NCBI GenBank assembly: GCA_038496445.1
Contig: JALMLS010000577.1
Span: forward strand, 558,001-622,000
Direction of reading: 5' to 3'
Source: Trichosphaerium sp. ATCC 40318
Lineage: Eukaryota; Protista; Tubulinea
DNA length: 64,000 bases
Each line of letters begins with the position of its first letter. Within the stretch, counting starts at the first letter, position 1. The notes beneath the pieces were generated by a model. That model was not told the origin of the DNA, did no database searches, and saw only the letters and a program-made list of their open reading frames with translations. This document shows positions 40,301 through 53,796 of the stretch, piece after piece. The translations under genes were made by a program, and so were the position numbers.

Positions 40301-42217
40301 CGGGAATAGCTTGTAGAGTTGCTTGAGGATGTTTATATTATTGTATAAGTTGGTTTACTGAAGAATCAGCGGGAGATGATGTTATCTTGAGGGTTCTACA
40401 CGTTTTTCCTATTTTTTATATCACGTGAACATTTATTTTTTTTTGCAGAACACAGATCTCCGTACTGACTGAAAGTCTATCACAACACGCGACCACATGC
40501 GTTTTTTGACGTTTTTTTTGGGTTCGAGGGAGCGTGTAGATGTTCCGCTTGTCAGTGACTGAAATTTCAAAGTCAACGGGTTTTCTGAAACACAACTATT
40601 TTTATTATGGTTATAGCGTCAACTAGCGCTGAATTGCTCTTTTGTTATTTATGTTTGTGACATGTTAGCCTTCTCGGAGTTGGTCTTGCTTAGTTTAACT
40701 ATTTTTGTCAAATTTCGGAGGACAGAAAATTATTTCAAACACAACCAAGTTTAATGACTTTTTTTTTTGAATCTCTTGTTATTCTTACATTTCCCGCTCG
40801 TTCTAACTTTTGTATTTCTTTTCTTTAGGTAACTGGCGTTCTATTAGAGTAGATAATCAACCTGACTTTGCTACACAATTAAAACTTAAAGAGCTTCTAC
40901 AAAAGTTTAAGCACTACAATCCAAAAGTTGTTGAAGAAGTATTTAGAGAAAACAACTATCGCCTGGAACCTACAGTTAAACTCTTAACTCCTGAATCAGT
41001 TCACAAACACCGTCCTAAACATTCTGTCAACAGAAGAAAACAACGATCATCTCCACCTATCAAGCGTGTATCACAATTTCGACAAAAGGATAAAGTCAAA
41101 GTTGCAGTGCGTGCAGGTTTTGTGTTTTTTTACCTTCGTTCACTTCACCTCAAATCAGCTTTTTTTATCACGTTTTCAATTGCGTCACGTGATTATCTGT
41201 ATGGATAGGTTATATTTAATACATATTAACCAAATTATTTCAAGCCTGTTAATGACGGCTTCGTAAAAGTTCAAAAAAAGAAGAAAAAGACCTCTCATCG
41301 TCATAGAAGATACAATAACTTGAGTGCGTAATCACAACCGTTTTTTTTAGCGTGTGCAGTTTAATGTAATGATCTTGAAGTATTTTTTCAATAGTTTCAT
41401 CAAAAAAAAAACTGTTTGGTTATTGCGAAGTTTTAATGCACTTTGGTTAACCTCCTATCGATCAATTAGGTTTTGAAGAACTCACACACTCTGGTTTTCA
41501 ACTGTATCATCTTCGCAATAATTGCTTCCGTGAAGCAGCAAGAGCGTATATGTGTGGAGATGGAAAGAGAGCAAAAGAAATCTCAAAAAGGGTACACCGA
41601 AATTAAAATAAAAGACTCAAAAAAAAACCCCACACAAACTTCTCTGCAAATTAATAATTTTTGTTCATTACTACACACTTTCTGTTTTTCCTTTTTTTGG
41701 CCTCTAATCACGTGTAGGGTCGGAACTACGAGCATATGATGAGACAAATGCATACTGTATCAGCGCAACAACATCTAGCAGATCATAGAGGGTACGTCCG
41801 TTGAGTATTTGTAACCGCCGTGGAGAGAAGGATTATTTAACTGAAAAAAATCGCCCAACTGTTTCACAACAAAATAAATAAGCAACCTTACTAATGAGAT
41901 TTCTTCTTAAAGGTCCGACCAAAGCCAGCTAGACCTGCATGGATACCATGTCAAAGAAGCGTTGGTTACATTGAAAGCAACATTGGAGCAATATAAAAGA
42001 TCAACAACAGGTAACAATTACTACCAGAAGTAATTAGTTTTAACGGGTTTTTTTAGCCCCGAAAACTTTATTGGTTATCACGGGAGCTGGTAGACATAGT
42101 CACGGTAATATAGCGAAACTAAAGCCTGCAGTAAAAAACTGCTTGAAGGAAGGAGGATACAAGTATCGTAGTAGCCATGATGGTGCATTTGTTGTCAACC
42201 TTGATCCAAGGGTTTAA
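37329..42217 (+). CDS. Multi-CUE + Smr-domain protein (N4BP2/Cue2-like)
   Basis: Repeated CUE motifs (L.EQFPD, LKERFPQ, FLEKMFPTL, DFATQLKLKELLQKF); Smr motifs LDLHGYHVKEA and LVITGAGRHSHG; 1727-nt intron 39102-40828. Confidence 0.9.
39393..40298 (-). CDS. RGS-domain protein nested antisense in the intron of the CUE/Smr gene, 4 exons
   Basis: Spliced: MFLRSLRTF...SA|VHEPCFDSIWEDRVFVAQFYQYLCAHQVGEILRFIIEVE...KTIWNKYCAPEAPDALNFSHATLR|TIELNIRRGSQDPFEAGYKEALKFLRFEHFYQFL...; canonical GT-AG phase-matched introns. Confidence 0.82.
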
Positions 42218-42957
42218 CCAAACGCCCCAAAAAGAAGGCGGGGTTGACTCTTGCTTGTATATATTTGTACATAGTGGTTTTGTATTGTACAATAAACAAT
42301 GTTACGTGCACTAAAGAAGCAAGTTCACTGGAAACGTAAAACACTTGTCCGTATTTTATAATAGGTGTTACAAGTAGAATTGTTATTAGTTCAAGTTCTT
42401 TGAACTTTTGTAAAAATTATTGGAGATTTTTTTAAGACTCCCTTATGAGCACGTGATACTTTCTTTGTTCTTTGGTTTTGCCTGTTTGTATTCATTTATG
42501 ATTCCATAACACGCTATAATTGTTATAATAACGTCGGAGCATCTATGACGTCAACAAGCTACGCTAGTGACAAATAGCGAAAAATGGAAGTGTTTAAAAG
42601 CGCTATGAAGTCTGTATCGCGTAGCAGATTTTGTTAGAAAAACGGCGCGTCCCAAATAAAGGAGGAATATTTGTCAGTTTTCTGTGTTTATGGCGCTATA
42701 TTAACTCACAGTCTAAGCGTCATAACTTCGGTAGCGTTATATTAACCGTTTTAAGGGTTGTCTGAAAACCTATTCAGGCACGTGAGTGCTGTTTAGCGAA
42801 AAAAGTGAGGAACGAAAGTATGGCTTACAACAATTTACCTACAGATGTAGTCAAGCACTAGAACAAGAATTCAACATGAATGGCCAAAGAGCTTGACTTA
42901 GCATGTTTCAGAAAGTAAACTTAACGCTGGCACGTTTTTTTTTCGACGGTAGCCCCT

Positions 42958-43372
42958 ATGGCAAGCTATAAAGGAAACGCTGCTCTCTTACGAGAATTAG
43001 AGGTCCTAGAAATGAAGGAACAGCTAATCGAGGCCGAAAAAGAGGTCAGTTGCGTTTGTTACGCATATTATACCTAACTATACTTAGGAGGAAGTACTGC
43101 GTATTATATCAGGTGAAGTTCGTAGCGTTAAGCCAAACAAGGTACAAAATGTTATTAACGCGTTATTATGTATATTAACACGATGCTAGGCCGTTTACGA
43201 GAAGCGTGGCGATATATTTTTTTTAGCAGACAAAGAACAACTTCAAACGCAACAACAGCGCAATTATGCCACTAAGCAACAACAAGTCAAACAATTAAAG
43301 ACAAAAATTGAACAAACGGCTGCTAAGCTTCCATACCAAATCCGCCAGACTACTGGCGCACCACTTGTATAA
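42958..43372 (+). CDS. Small beta-prefoldin-like protein (ASDURF-like), 3 exons
   Basis: Coiled coil - VKPNK|AVYEKRGDIFFLADKEQL - coiled coil; about 106 aa. Confidence 0.7.
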
Positions 43373-44033
43373 ATACACCACTCTAGAAAAGTTACCAACT
43401 GTTTTATAATTGACACTTTCGGCAGCTTGGTAAATGTGTAGTTTGTCACAACTTTCCATGTAAACTGTACCACTGGGCTTGAGTTACCAAGACAGTCAAT
43501 GGCAGAGTTATGACAGAAAGTGTTACAAGATCATAGTATGATTTCTAACAAGCATCTCAATACATTTACCGCAAGGCCTTGTGCTCAAGGAAAATTTGCT
43601 ACAACTGAGTTCCTAACTTAGTAAAGGGAAATCAAGTTAACTAGGTAAAAACTTCATTTTTTTCTACTTTGAACAAAGTCTCAGAAGAAACATTAGTTGT
43701 AGGTGTCATGTGACTCTCCAAAATGTATGAACTAAGAACTTCGCATCTCCTCTAGGTTTGTATAATTCCAAGCTCTGGTACGTCAGTGGTCAACAATATA
43801 AGCGGCACAACAGAATTGAATAAATCCTTGGCTATGTTCTCAATCCTATATACACGAGTGTCAAATGATTCAGTTGTAGAGTATTATTCAGTCTTACAGT
43901 TATGTTAAAATTAGTCTTACTTTCGTTGTATTCGACATTGAAGCAATATCTTGGAGTTGGATGTTTTTACAATGGTATTATAGTAATCTACAATCTACGC
44001 GTGTACTATACTTGTCTAACTAACTACACTGAC

Positions 44034-46034
44034 TTACTGATAACAACCCCGACTAATCTTAAAGCAATATTTCATAGTTTGTACTTTATTGTTTTTTAGA
44101 CTGAATAATCTTTGGTACAACTGTAACCAAAAAGCTAGCACTGCGTAAAATAACAGATGCAGAGCTTTTTTTGAGGTTTGGCAATTCGATGTTATGTTGT
44201 ACTACTTCACCAGCTATTGGTACAATCTCCAAATTAACCTCAAACTCTGAATCTGAAGTGTGTTCCCACTTATAATAACATATTAAAAAAAAACCTATTG
44301 TATTCTAGAGAAACTGTACCGCTTCACTAATAGGTGCATTTCTGATAGTAACATCAAAAGCAACATTAGTATTTTCTTTAATATCTGTGCAATCGCATAT
44401 AACCTTTAGTTTAAAGTTCCAACTATTTAGTAGTTAGTTGTATGTCTGTTTGAACTAGTGTTTAAGACTTAACATTTTAAGTCCGACAAGTATTCAAGTG
44501 TGTCAAGCCACTTACCTTGACTTTACGTTAACAGTATTACTCTAAATACGTACCAGTATTTATTGGGCCATTCCGTATACGTTGTTGTATGTGACAAGTG
44601 CACTTTAAGAAAGCCAAGCAGGACTGTTTTATCATATGGATCTCCATCTGTTGCACTTTACAAAAAAAAATTATTCATCTCAATGTTAAATGTTTGTAGT
44701 ACTGTAGCTTAGCCTGAAAGATCACGCGGTCCAAACTTGTATTTACATCTTGAATATGACATTTTGATAGTTGTAACAACAAGTTCTGTGCAGCATTTAT
44801 ATCTTCTTCATCAAAAAGGTTGTACTCTTCCATTTCTTTTAGTTGATCTAGACTACGACAGCACGGAAGGAACTTAGCTAACGTGGCAATTATGAGCGGG
44901 TAATTCTCCTTATTTAGTCGGTATTTGTCGATCTCTATGTCTTCTCTGCCTTTATCTCTTGATATCTCTTTGTCACTTCCGCTTTCATCCTCTTGGCTGT
45001 CTTCATTTATGTCGTCTTTGAAGTACATACTTTTACCTTCAGGTACTAGAGTTTCAACCCAATCGCAAGCTACTCTAATACGAGTCTCTAGTGAGCAAAC
45101 CATTGTTGATAGCACATGGAGTAATGTTCTCTTTGAAAGATGCATTCGTTTTAGTTTGCTAGAACTCCATATATAACCACTAAAACGTCCTATTTGCTTA
45201 GACCATAACTCTTCAAAGTTAGGGATAGTATGTTGGAGGAGCATCAACCTCTACAAAGTACATATTAGTCTCACCAAGTAAGTGCTGTACTGGAGGACAA
45301 CATACTTCTAAATTTAGAATGTTATACTTATGTGAATAGTCTTTTTCAAACCACTCTTCCATCACCCATTTGACAAGCCAATTGAACTCAAAGTATTGAC
45401 TCAACTTAAAGACTGGTAGTGCTATTGTTTTAAACCACTTTTCTTCTGATAACGATGTGGTGCTTGAATCATATTTAAGTTCCATGCCATACAATGTTTT
45501 AAAAAATATATCCACGTGATCGTGAGTTAGTCCTGGAATCTCAGGAGTTGACAGTGTTAATCTAGAACTTGTAAATAGACGCTATGATATTCAAAACAAG
45601 GTAACACGTGAACAGGTAAACAAGAAAAAGAAAGAACAACAACTTACATATTTTTTTCATCGTTTTGTTTCCAATCCTCTTATTCAAAGAATCAGTACTT
45701 TAAAACAACTTAATTTACACCCGAACGTACTTGATAGAGCCTTTTTGAAGAATCCAGCACGTAATAGAATAAATCTATGCACTTTGTACTCTTTTTGGTT
45801 GATAATCTATTTGACGTTAATATTATTCGTAATATGCGTTAATAGAACGTGTGGAGCGCTACGGACCACTAAAAAATCTGTAAACTGTTTTTCAGCGTAA
45901 ACAGCGTGAAGCAAGTCTGTTACGCCCATATCTAACCATTGGCTTGATTGAGCCACAGTTTTAGCTTTTTTGGCTGCTTTAAATGAGTCATTGTCTATTG
46001 CGGAGCGTTCTCGCTTTTTGCGTCGTGGTATCAT
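44034..46034 (-). CDS. BTB/POZ-domain protein, multi-exon (3' exons tentative)
   Basis: QFTDFLV|IINQKEYKVHRFIL...FFKKAL, IFFKTLYG, FKLSQYFEFNWL; basic NLS-like N-term. Confidence 0.8.
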
Positions 46035-46184
46035 GTTGCTGCTCTTACTTGATTATTAATAACACAGGTGTAACGTATTGCTTTGTTTTTCGCGAACTCC
46101 GTTTTTGGTTTCACGAAAACCTGACACAAAAAAGACGTCTACGTAAAACAATTCAAAGATTTACGTCGACATGATAATTAAGGC

Positions 46185-46325
46185 AATCAAAACAATAGAC
46201 GTTTCATAATATTTTTAGATTGTTTTTTTTTGTATCTTTAGTTAACTAACGGCTCTATCTTGTTCTAAGTGTGAACGCTGTTATTTACTTTTACATGTTT
46301 TTGTAGCTATTTTTTTACATACCTA
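46185..46325. repeat. Degenerate direct copy of the M36 peptidase last exon/3' UTR (47514-47650)
   Basis: aatcaaaacaatagacgtttcataatatttttagattgtttttt identical in both; similarity decays through gaacgctgt, ttttaca, gtagcta. Confidence 0.85.
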
Positions 46326-47579
46326 AAAAGCTTCAATCGAGCTTCATGACGAATAAGCAGATGATTAGAGCCTGGAATCATTCATCAACGTGCTCTTGCA
46401 AATAAATTTATGCGTTATGGGCAAAATAAAGCTTATGCGTACCCAATATGAACGTGTATTATAATGTACCGTTAAACGACGTTTATCGCTCGGAAAACGC
46501 TTAAAACGTTGGTTTGCTGTGTTAATATTCTAGTCAAATCGAGTACCCTAATACCGATGTAGGGCAAGCGTGTACCAGCGTTTAAATGGTGTACATACAT
46601 TTAATAGCTATTTGTACATGAAAGAAGGTTTCCAAGTCTGTACAGCCTTGCGTAATCTGTAAATTCAATATTCCGTCCTCCGTTACCATAAGCAATTTTA
46701 CATTGTATGAAATACCATGAGTAATTGAAGGTCCCTTACTCTTTGAAAGTACAGTCCATACACTGTATATGATACAGCATAACTTTCAGCAATAGTTAAA
46801 CAATTGTAGCAGCATAGTTTCAAAGAAACTGTTTTTGGTAAGTACTCAAGTATCTCCATGTAAAAAGTAAGTTCTGTCTCTAAAACTTCTGTAGTGGTAA
46901 AACATAACTACAGTAAGCTTTATGGACCTCTGATTCAATAAAGTACCAAGCAAGAGTGAGTATTTTGACATTTTGATTTGAATATTATGTTCATCAACTT
47001 CTATGAAAAAGTAACCTCTGTGTTTTGATACCTAAATTATCAAATAATCTATAACTGCATATATGTAGACAATGGTTTATTGAGCACCTGCCGCCAAAAG
47101 GAAAGATTTGAAAAAGGTATCTGTGGGTTAGAATGATTGTTCAAAATAATGACCAATTTTCAGCAATCAGGTCTAGAGACGGGTGATGCTAGCTTTATGT
47201 GGAACACTGAAAGTGATAAAAAAATGCAAGAAACGACAGAATGTAATCCTTAATCACTATGTTGTTCAAGAATTACTTGCAAAACATGGTGGTGTTAGAG
47301 GAGAAGAATATGATCCCAGGCAGAAAAAACTCGGTTTTAGATTCAATGAAATGGTTGATTGAAGTACACTATTAATTACCAGCAAGTTCTGGTTCAAAGA
47401 AATTGTAGACACAAATGTGCTCTGAAGCATACCCAAAATTTGGCCAAAAATAACGTTTTTGAGGTGTGCTAGACTTTTTTTGAAAATGTGAACTGCTTAC
47501 AAAAATCGTCCCTAATCAAAACAATAGACGTTTCATAATATTTTTAGATTGTTTTTTTACATTATTAGTTAACTAACAT

Positions 47580-50214
47580 CTATCTACAGTTGTCAGGAAC
47601 GCTGTAATCTTCTTTTACAGGGTCCGTGGTAGCTACTGCGTTTACACCTAGGCCTCTTCTAGCAAAGCCCTAACGACGAAATGAGTACTTGCGAAAAAAA
47701 CAAACTGGTTGACTACTATCACGTGATAAAACAAAGGGTAATTCATACCTTCCACATTGTGCACACGTGTTTGCTAGCGTAGTTTACTTCATCAGCATGA
47801 ATTATAGCATCTCTCGCTTGAACCCAATTAGGACTGCAAGGTTGCAATCTAATAGAGATATTAGTTTAACAAGCAGTCTTAAAACAAAAGTCAAAAAAAC
47901 CCCGTACTTTAGACCATCTACGACGTTTTGCCATATAATGTTGTTTCCAGCAGTACCAGAAACCCAATCACCGTCGTATCCGTACTCCAAACGCATCTCC
48001 CAGTAAACACTGAAGAGAATGGTTGTCCAAATACTTCCCTTTGCGTGTACTTCATAGTAACGAGACTCAGAAGTCATTCCATAGGTTTGTGGGTTTACAG
48101 TAAGATTGTACGCATATGGGAAAGCACGGATGCCAGTTTTATTACTAATAACTAAAAGAGTTAGCAAATATTAGACACTGAAAAAGCCATACCATAAGCA
48201 CCCATAACAAACTGAGTGTCTATAGTATCCTCAGCTTTTGTTGCTAGCATTGTAGCCCACCAGTCTCCCCAACCTTCTCCCATGCCTGCTGCCTTGTTTG
48301 TGAATAAGCAATTCACGTCTTTTGGGCCACCAGTGAGACTAGTAGATAGTAAGTATATCAATAATGATTAAAAAATGAACTGAAATACAAATTAATACAG
48401 CAAAACGAAAAGCCATACCGAGTTGAGACACCATGACCGAACTCGTGAATCATGATTTGAGAATCTAGTGCACCATCGCGTTGAGGTTCTGTTTCGTCCC
48501 ATTTGAACATAACCATCATACCATGCTGACCTACAAACAAAAAGTTAGTTTTCTTGTTTTTTTCTGATAGTATTTGTTCAACGTACCATCAGGTGGTGTA
48601 GAAAAGTAAGCGTTATCCATGCCACTACCGTCATGCGCCTTGGCAATGACTGCGTCATTACCATATCCTCCTCTACCGAAGTTGCTTGTTTGAAAGTTTC
48701 CAGCTTCTTCAGTAAAACCGCTTAGATAGAACAAGTCATGTACAACATTATTCCAATAGAATAAGTTTGCAATAGTGGCGTCTTGGTATGAGAAAGGCTC
48801 TTTAGTCAAGTCTAGTGTGAATTCGAATTCAAGATGTTTTTGTTTGCCACCATCAGGTCTGTAATTGAATTTCCAATCGTCACCTCCGTTATGATTTTCT
48901 TGTGCAAAAACATTGTTACCAACAGTCACGTGGTAGTCAGTATCTTCGTCCTATACCGTTGTATTTAGTTAACGATTTAGCAAAGTATTAGAGTTGTACC
49001 GTTACAGTGTGCCATCCGTCCTGACTGGCTTTACCAAATTTTAGCCATGGATCAGTTCTACATACCAAGTTATATAGTGATTAAATAAGAAGCTGGCGTA
49101 CACTTCAACACGTTCTATCCCATGGTATGGACTTAAATTATCTGGGTATGTGAACACAGAGTATTTTGCGTGAGTTGATATGGATTGGTATGCAACATTG
49201 TTTTCTTTCTATTGTTACGTAAGTGCTGTATAAAAGAAGAGCGTGTGTATACCTCATGCCTGACCCAGTTGTAACAAGCGTGAATGTGTCCTGAAGTTAC
49301 ATCTACAAACGTATGGAACAAGCCTACGCTTTGGAGATCAACTACCATCTATGAATGTACATGAGCTTCAGGATGAGAAAATAAAAAGAATAGGACATAC
49401 ATGGTGAGCAAGAACAAGAGTTTTGTCTGCAAGCATAATATATCCAAGATCTGTTGTTGGTACTGTTTCTTGAACTTTGTCAAGACGTTCCAAGTGATTC
49501 AAAGCGTGAAAGAAAGCCTGTTGACAAATATATTAAAGCGCGAACTTTATTTTGTTGTTGGAATACAAAAACCGTACTTCTTTGTGAGATACTTCAGTGG
49601 CTTGAACCTCTGGTGCTTCTCCTTTAAAAACTGTAGCGCCCATGCTTATTACATGTCCATCACGTATATTCACATTAGCAACAGCGTTCGTAACCTTTTG
49701 GAAACAATCAGAAAAGTTGTAAAACAGTGCAACACAAAGTCGTGATTGATGAAAGTTCATCAGGCTTTCTTGTTGTATGACAGCCACGTACAGGGATACC
49801 GTTTACGATCTGTCGTAGGTACACATGTTCCACGTTATTATGTTCAGTTTTATAGTCACTTGTTACTTCCCAAGAAGTACCAGGATGCATTCTAGAGACA
49901 TGATCGACAGCAATCTTTGTCTAACATGGTTCGTCAATATACGCGATAGTCAAACAATAAAAGGCAATCAATGTAGTTTTAATGGTGAGAATTCGTACCC
50001 TGTGTCCTCCGTATGGACCACCAAATGAATTTATAGCTATTAGTGGTTAGATCTATAGTGTAGGTGCATGCTAAAATAGCGTACCAACGTTCGTTGTGGT
50101 TTTATAGAATGGAATGTGAGTAGGAACAACTTCGTAGTTTCTTTGATGTTTGTTGAGTCCTACTAGTGCACAGGCAATGCCAAATGCTATAGCTAGTACG
50201 AAAAGGTGCTTCAT
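47580..50214 (-). CDS. Secreted fungalysin (M36) metallopeptidase, multi-exon
   Basis: Signal peptide; propeptide [12 protein letters not shown]; [62 protein letters not shown]. Confidence 0.96.
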
Positions 50215-50683
50215 GTTTGTGTATAAGCGAATTGTAAGTGATTTGGAACATTCCAAAGCTCGATTCACTTAAACCTTCTTGAAAATTAGGGCAATTGCTC
50301 AACCGCCCAAACACAATATACTAGGACTAATCTATCCTAACTGTTATGAAAAAACAGGAACTGTGGTCAGAACTTTCCATCTCTAGAATGTTCCTGAGAT
50401 AAATCTCTCAGCTTGGTAATACTCGTTTAAGAGCATTCAAGAGCGTATTTACGCTTGAAATCACTTTTTTACATTCTTTCCATTCCAGTTTACTTCGTTC
50501 TCTGATTGTCTTCGATGCTTTTTCGAAATCTCCTTTTTGTATTGTAAGCTTATTCGTATACTAGCAGAACTAGTCATTGTGTGTTAGTACTTTGTAGTTG
50601 ACAAAGTAACAGCACACAATCACGTGACTACGCCACTACGTAACGACGATTTCAACGTGAGTCAAACAGATGATCATCGCGGA

Positions 50684-53600
50684 ATGATGGACGTCCAAGT
50701 TGAGAATGAGGAGTCTGTTCAAAATTCGCGTTGGGGCAAGATATATGAGTCTACAGTAAAGAAAACACAATATGGTAAGTTATTACAGCCGTATGTAAAA
50801 TTTAGATGTTGTAGATAGGCCAAATATTAAAGTTGAGGAGGTTTCTACGCTATTAGATGCAAAATGCGACGATAGGTTGCTTTTGGTTGACTTTCTTTTT
50901 ACTTACGCTTAAAACGTAGAGGGTACTTACCTATTCACTATGCAGTGCAACAGGGCAGCTTAGACGTTATTAAAGAATTCATTGACTTCAAAGGCACGTA
51001 AATCAAATACTCTAATCCCCTACGCTGTTGCGCCCAACGTAAAGGCGATATAATGTGTTTAATTACTTACAAACAATAGCGGACCTAAATGTGAAAACAA
51101 CTTGCGAAAATGGCGTCAGCGTAGCACACATAGCAGTGGAATGTGGATCCGTAGCAATACTTGACACTATAGCCAAACATGGAGCAGATTTATTGACAAC
51201 AGGCAGAAAAAAACAAGGTTGAAAATTATTTTAATACTCTCATCCTAGATGCCCGTGGCCAGACACTTATACATTCAGCGGTTATTCACGATCGATACTT
51301 AGTACTTGCTTACCTTTTGTACGACTCAGGGGTCAAGAATTTGCTATACAAACTAGACAACAGCGGACGAACGGTACTCTTAACAACCCTCTTCGAAAGC
51401 ACTATGCCGGAACAACAAATTTTAGCGATATTAATTTTGTTTTGAGGCTCTTCATTGGGCTGTTGGTACTGGACAGATTGAATCAGTAACAATGCTTATA
51501 GATTTATACAATAAAAACTTATGCACAAGGGACAACAAAGGTAAAAAGAACTTAATAAGAAAAAAAGCAAAAAATAAATTGTCCGATGTTAATGGCCACT
51601 ATAGGTAAAACCCCACTACACCTGGCAGCTCAGGTAGGAGATAAATTGATCTTGAAGTCTATTCTCGAGTCAGGGAAGATAACACGAGCAGACATAAAGC
51701 TCGTTGATAAAAGCAACAAAGGCGCTATAGACTATGCCAGAGAACGTGGAGATACAAACGTAGTCAGAGCCATACGTTATTACTATGGGGTTCTACGATA
51801 CCCTCCACAAACTGTACGCTTATAGTAGTAATCTCTAGTATGTTGTTTCCCCTTAAATTGTCGTAGAAGGACCTTGCTTTTCTATTGTCAGGATTCCTTT
51901 GGCTTCCGGTTTGCTTCGCTTGCTTCAGCTTTAATTTCTTCCTTGCGACATGTGGCACGTGTTGCGTTCTATTTATATTAAAATCTAACGGTTGGCTCTA
52001 GTTTTTTGCACGTGGGTAGGCGCACTCATAGCGTTTTCTTTAACGCCGTTAGCACAAGAGAAAAACTTTCTACTTGTGTCAATAGTCGCCAGTACAATAT
52101 CTATTTCTTGTGTTAATGGATGGATTCTTTTACTCCCTTGTATCCCCCTTTAACAATTTTATCACTACCAATCATATGAAGCGTTTCCTTGACGTCTAAA
52201 GATAACGGAGGTTGGATACTTTTTACTTCTGTTCATCTTATTCTATGTTATGGCAGCTACACCTTTTACAAGGTACCAACAGCTTTTTTTGGGTTTACAA
52301 CTTTTACCAAATTCTTTTTATATTTATGTCAAAATAGGCTATTGTATCTGATCCTGGCTTTGTATTAAAGTCTCAAGCGCATTTATTGGTACGTATTTTT
52401 AGTTTCAAATCTGCACTAACGTTAAAGTTCGAAAATGTTTTTCAAACATGTCGGGCTAACATTTACGCCCCAATTGGTTTACCCTGCGTCGGACAAATTG
52501 AGTTCCGCTATCACATTTTCTAACGAAATCGTTACCTTGGGGGTGAACTGTCGTGTTAAATTCGTATATTTCGAACTCAATCCGTTTTTTTCGATCTTTT
52601 TAGTGTGGACGCAAATACAACGCCAGACATGACTTATTTTCATTTTAGGCAATCGAATCTGAATTAAAAGCTAATAATGTACCTAAAGAATACTGCGCAA
52701 CTTGCCTCGTAAGCTCTTTGGGATTGTTTTCATGAAAAAAAAATCACACACGTGTCGTTGAAATTTCTTACAACTTTGATAGATAAAGAGACCGTTAAGA
52801 TCGAAACACTGTACCTGCTGCAATAGGTAATATACCATAGAATATCCAGAATATAAGAAAAAATGAATAACGGAAAAACACGTGGCAGGTTTCTGCCTTC
52901 AGTGCTTCTAAAAAACAAAATTATCTGATTTTTTTTTAGGTGTACTCATGCGTTTGATCATCACTGTCCATGGATAAATAATTGCGTTGGCGAAAGAAAC
53001 CGGGGTTACTTTATTGTGGCGCTATTTTGTCTTTCGTTGTGCTTGATATACATCAACTGGGAACACTATGGTTGTACGTACTAACTTTCTCTAGTATTTT
53101 TTTTTTTCTAAAGTTTCAAAACATAACTACGCCGAAAATTACGCTATTCTATTCAAAAATAGATGTATCGTAAACGCTTTTTATAGCCGATATAAAAAGG
53201 GGTACTTATTTCAGGCTACCCACTCCAAAAAAAAACTTTCCGAACCACAAACAAAAGGGTTTTACCTTTCGGCGCACTCATTGGCGTTTAGATTTAACGG
53301 ATTATGGTAAGACTATACCAGCAACATACCTCGAAGCGGTTATGTATATGTATGAAAAAAAATCGTGGGTGCTTGGCATTGCCATGTGGTACGTCTACAA
53401 CAACAGACATCCAAATATCTCCGATGGTTTTTTGTCTGATTTTTCGATCACATATCATTAGGGACTGTATGATGATGACCTGGACAATTTTGTTACTCTG
53501 TATACAAGTATCTCTTGCCTCTAGAGGTCTAACTACGAATGAAGCTATAAATTGGAGGAAGTACGTTAGAAGTAGCGTAAAAAAAAAACGTCACTTCTCC

Positions 53601-53796
53601 ACGTGTTTTTTTTTCTTTTCTTTCTGTCACTTACTTTGTAAAAACAGAAAAGACTCAACGTTAATTTAGGTATACTCACTTACAAAGTGAAGATGGCACA
53701 TTTAATAATGTGTTTTATAAAGGGTTTATAAATAACTGGAATCAAATCCTGTTCATAACAAACCCAGCGTCAGATGCTTTAAATAAACGTGTTTAG
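50684..53796 (+). CDS. Ankyrin-repeat DHHC palmitoyltransferase (Akr1/ZDHHC17-like)
   Basis: Ankyrin repeats ([17 protein letters not shown]), [38 protein letters not shown]; one junction near 51955-52040 is ambiguous. Confidence 0.93.

Noticed and set aside
43425-43480. PHD-like TTFHVNC peptide
   Set aside because: Isolated, with no supporting Cys pattern or ORF
46600-47450. Scattered Kelch-like peptides on the minus strand (QIFPFGG, VWTVLSKSKGPS)
   Set aside because: No coherent frame or splice structure; cannot be separated from chance without a translated search
51951-52045. Further GC donor (G|GCACGT) in the DHHC gene
   Set aside because: Gives a stop in the next exon as assembled; needs either a weak GT donor or a 1-base assembly correction, so not counted
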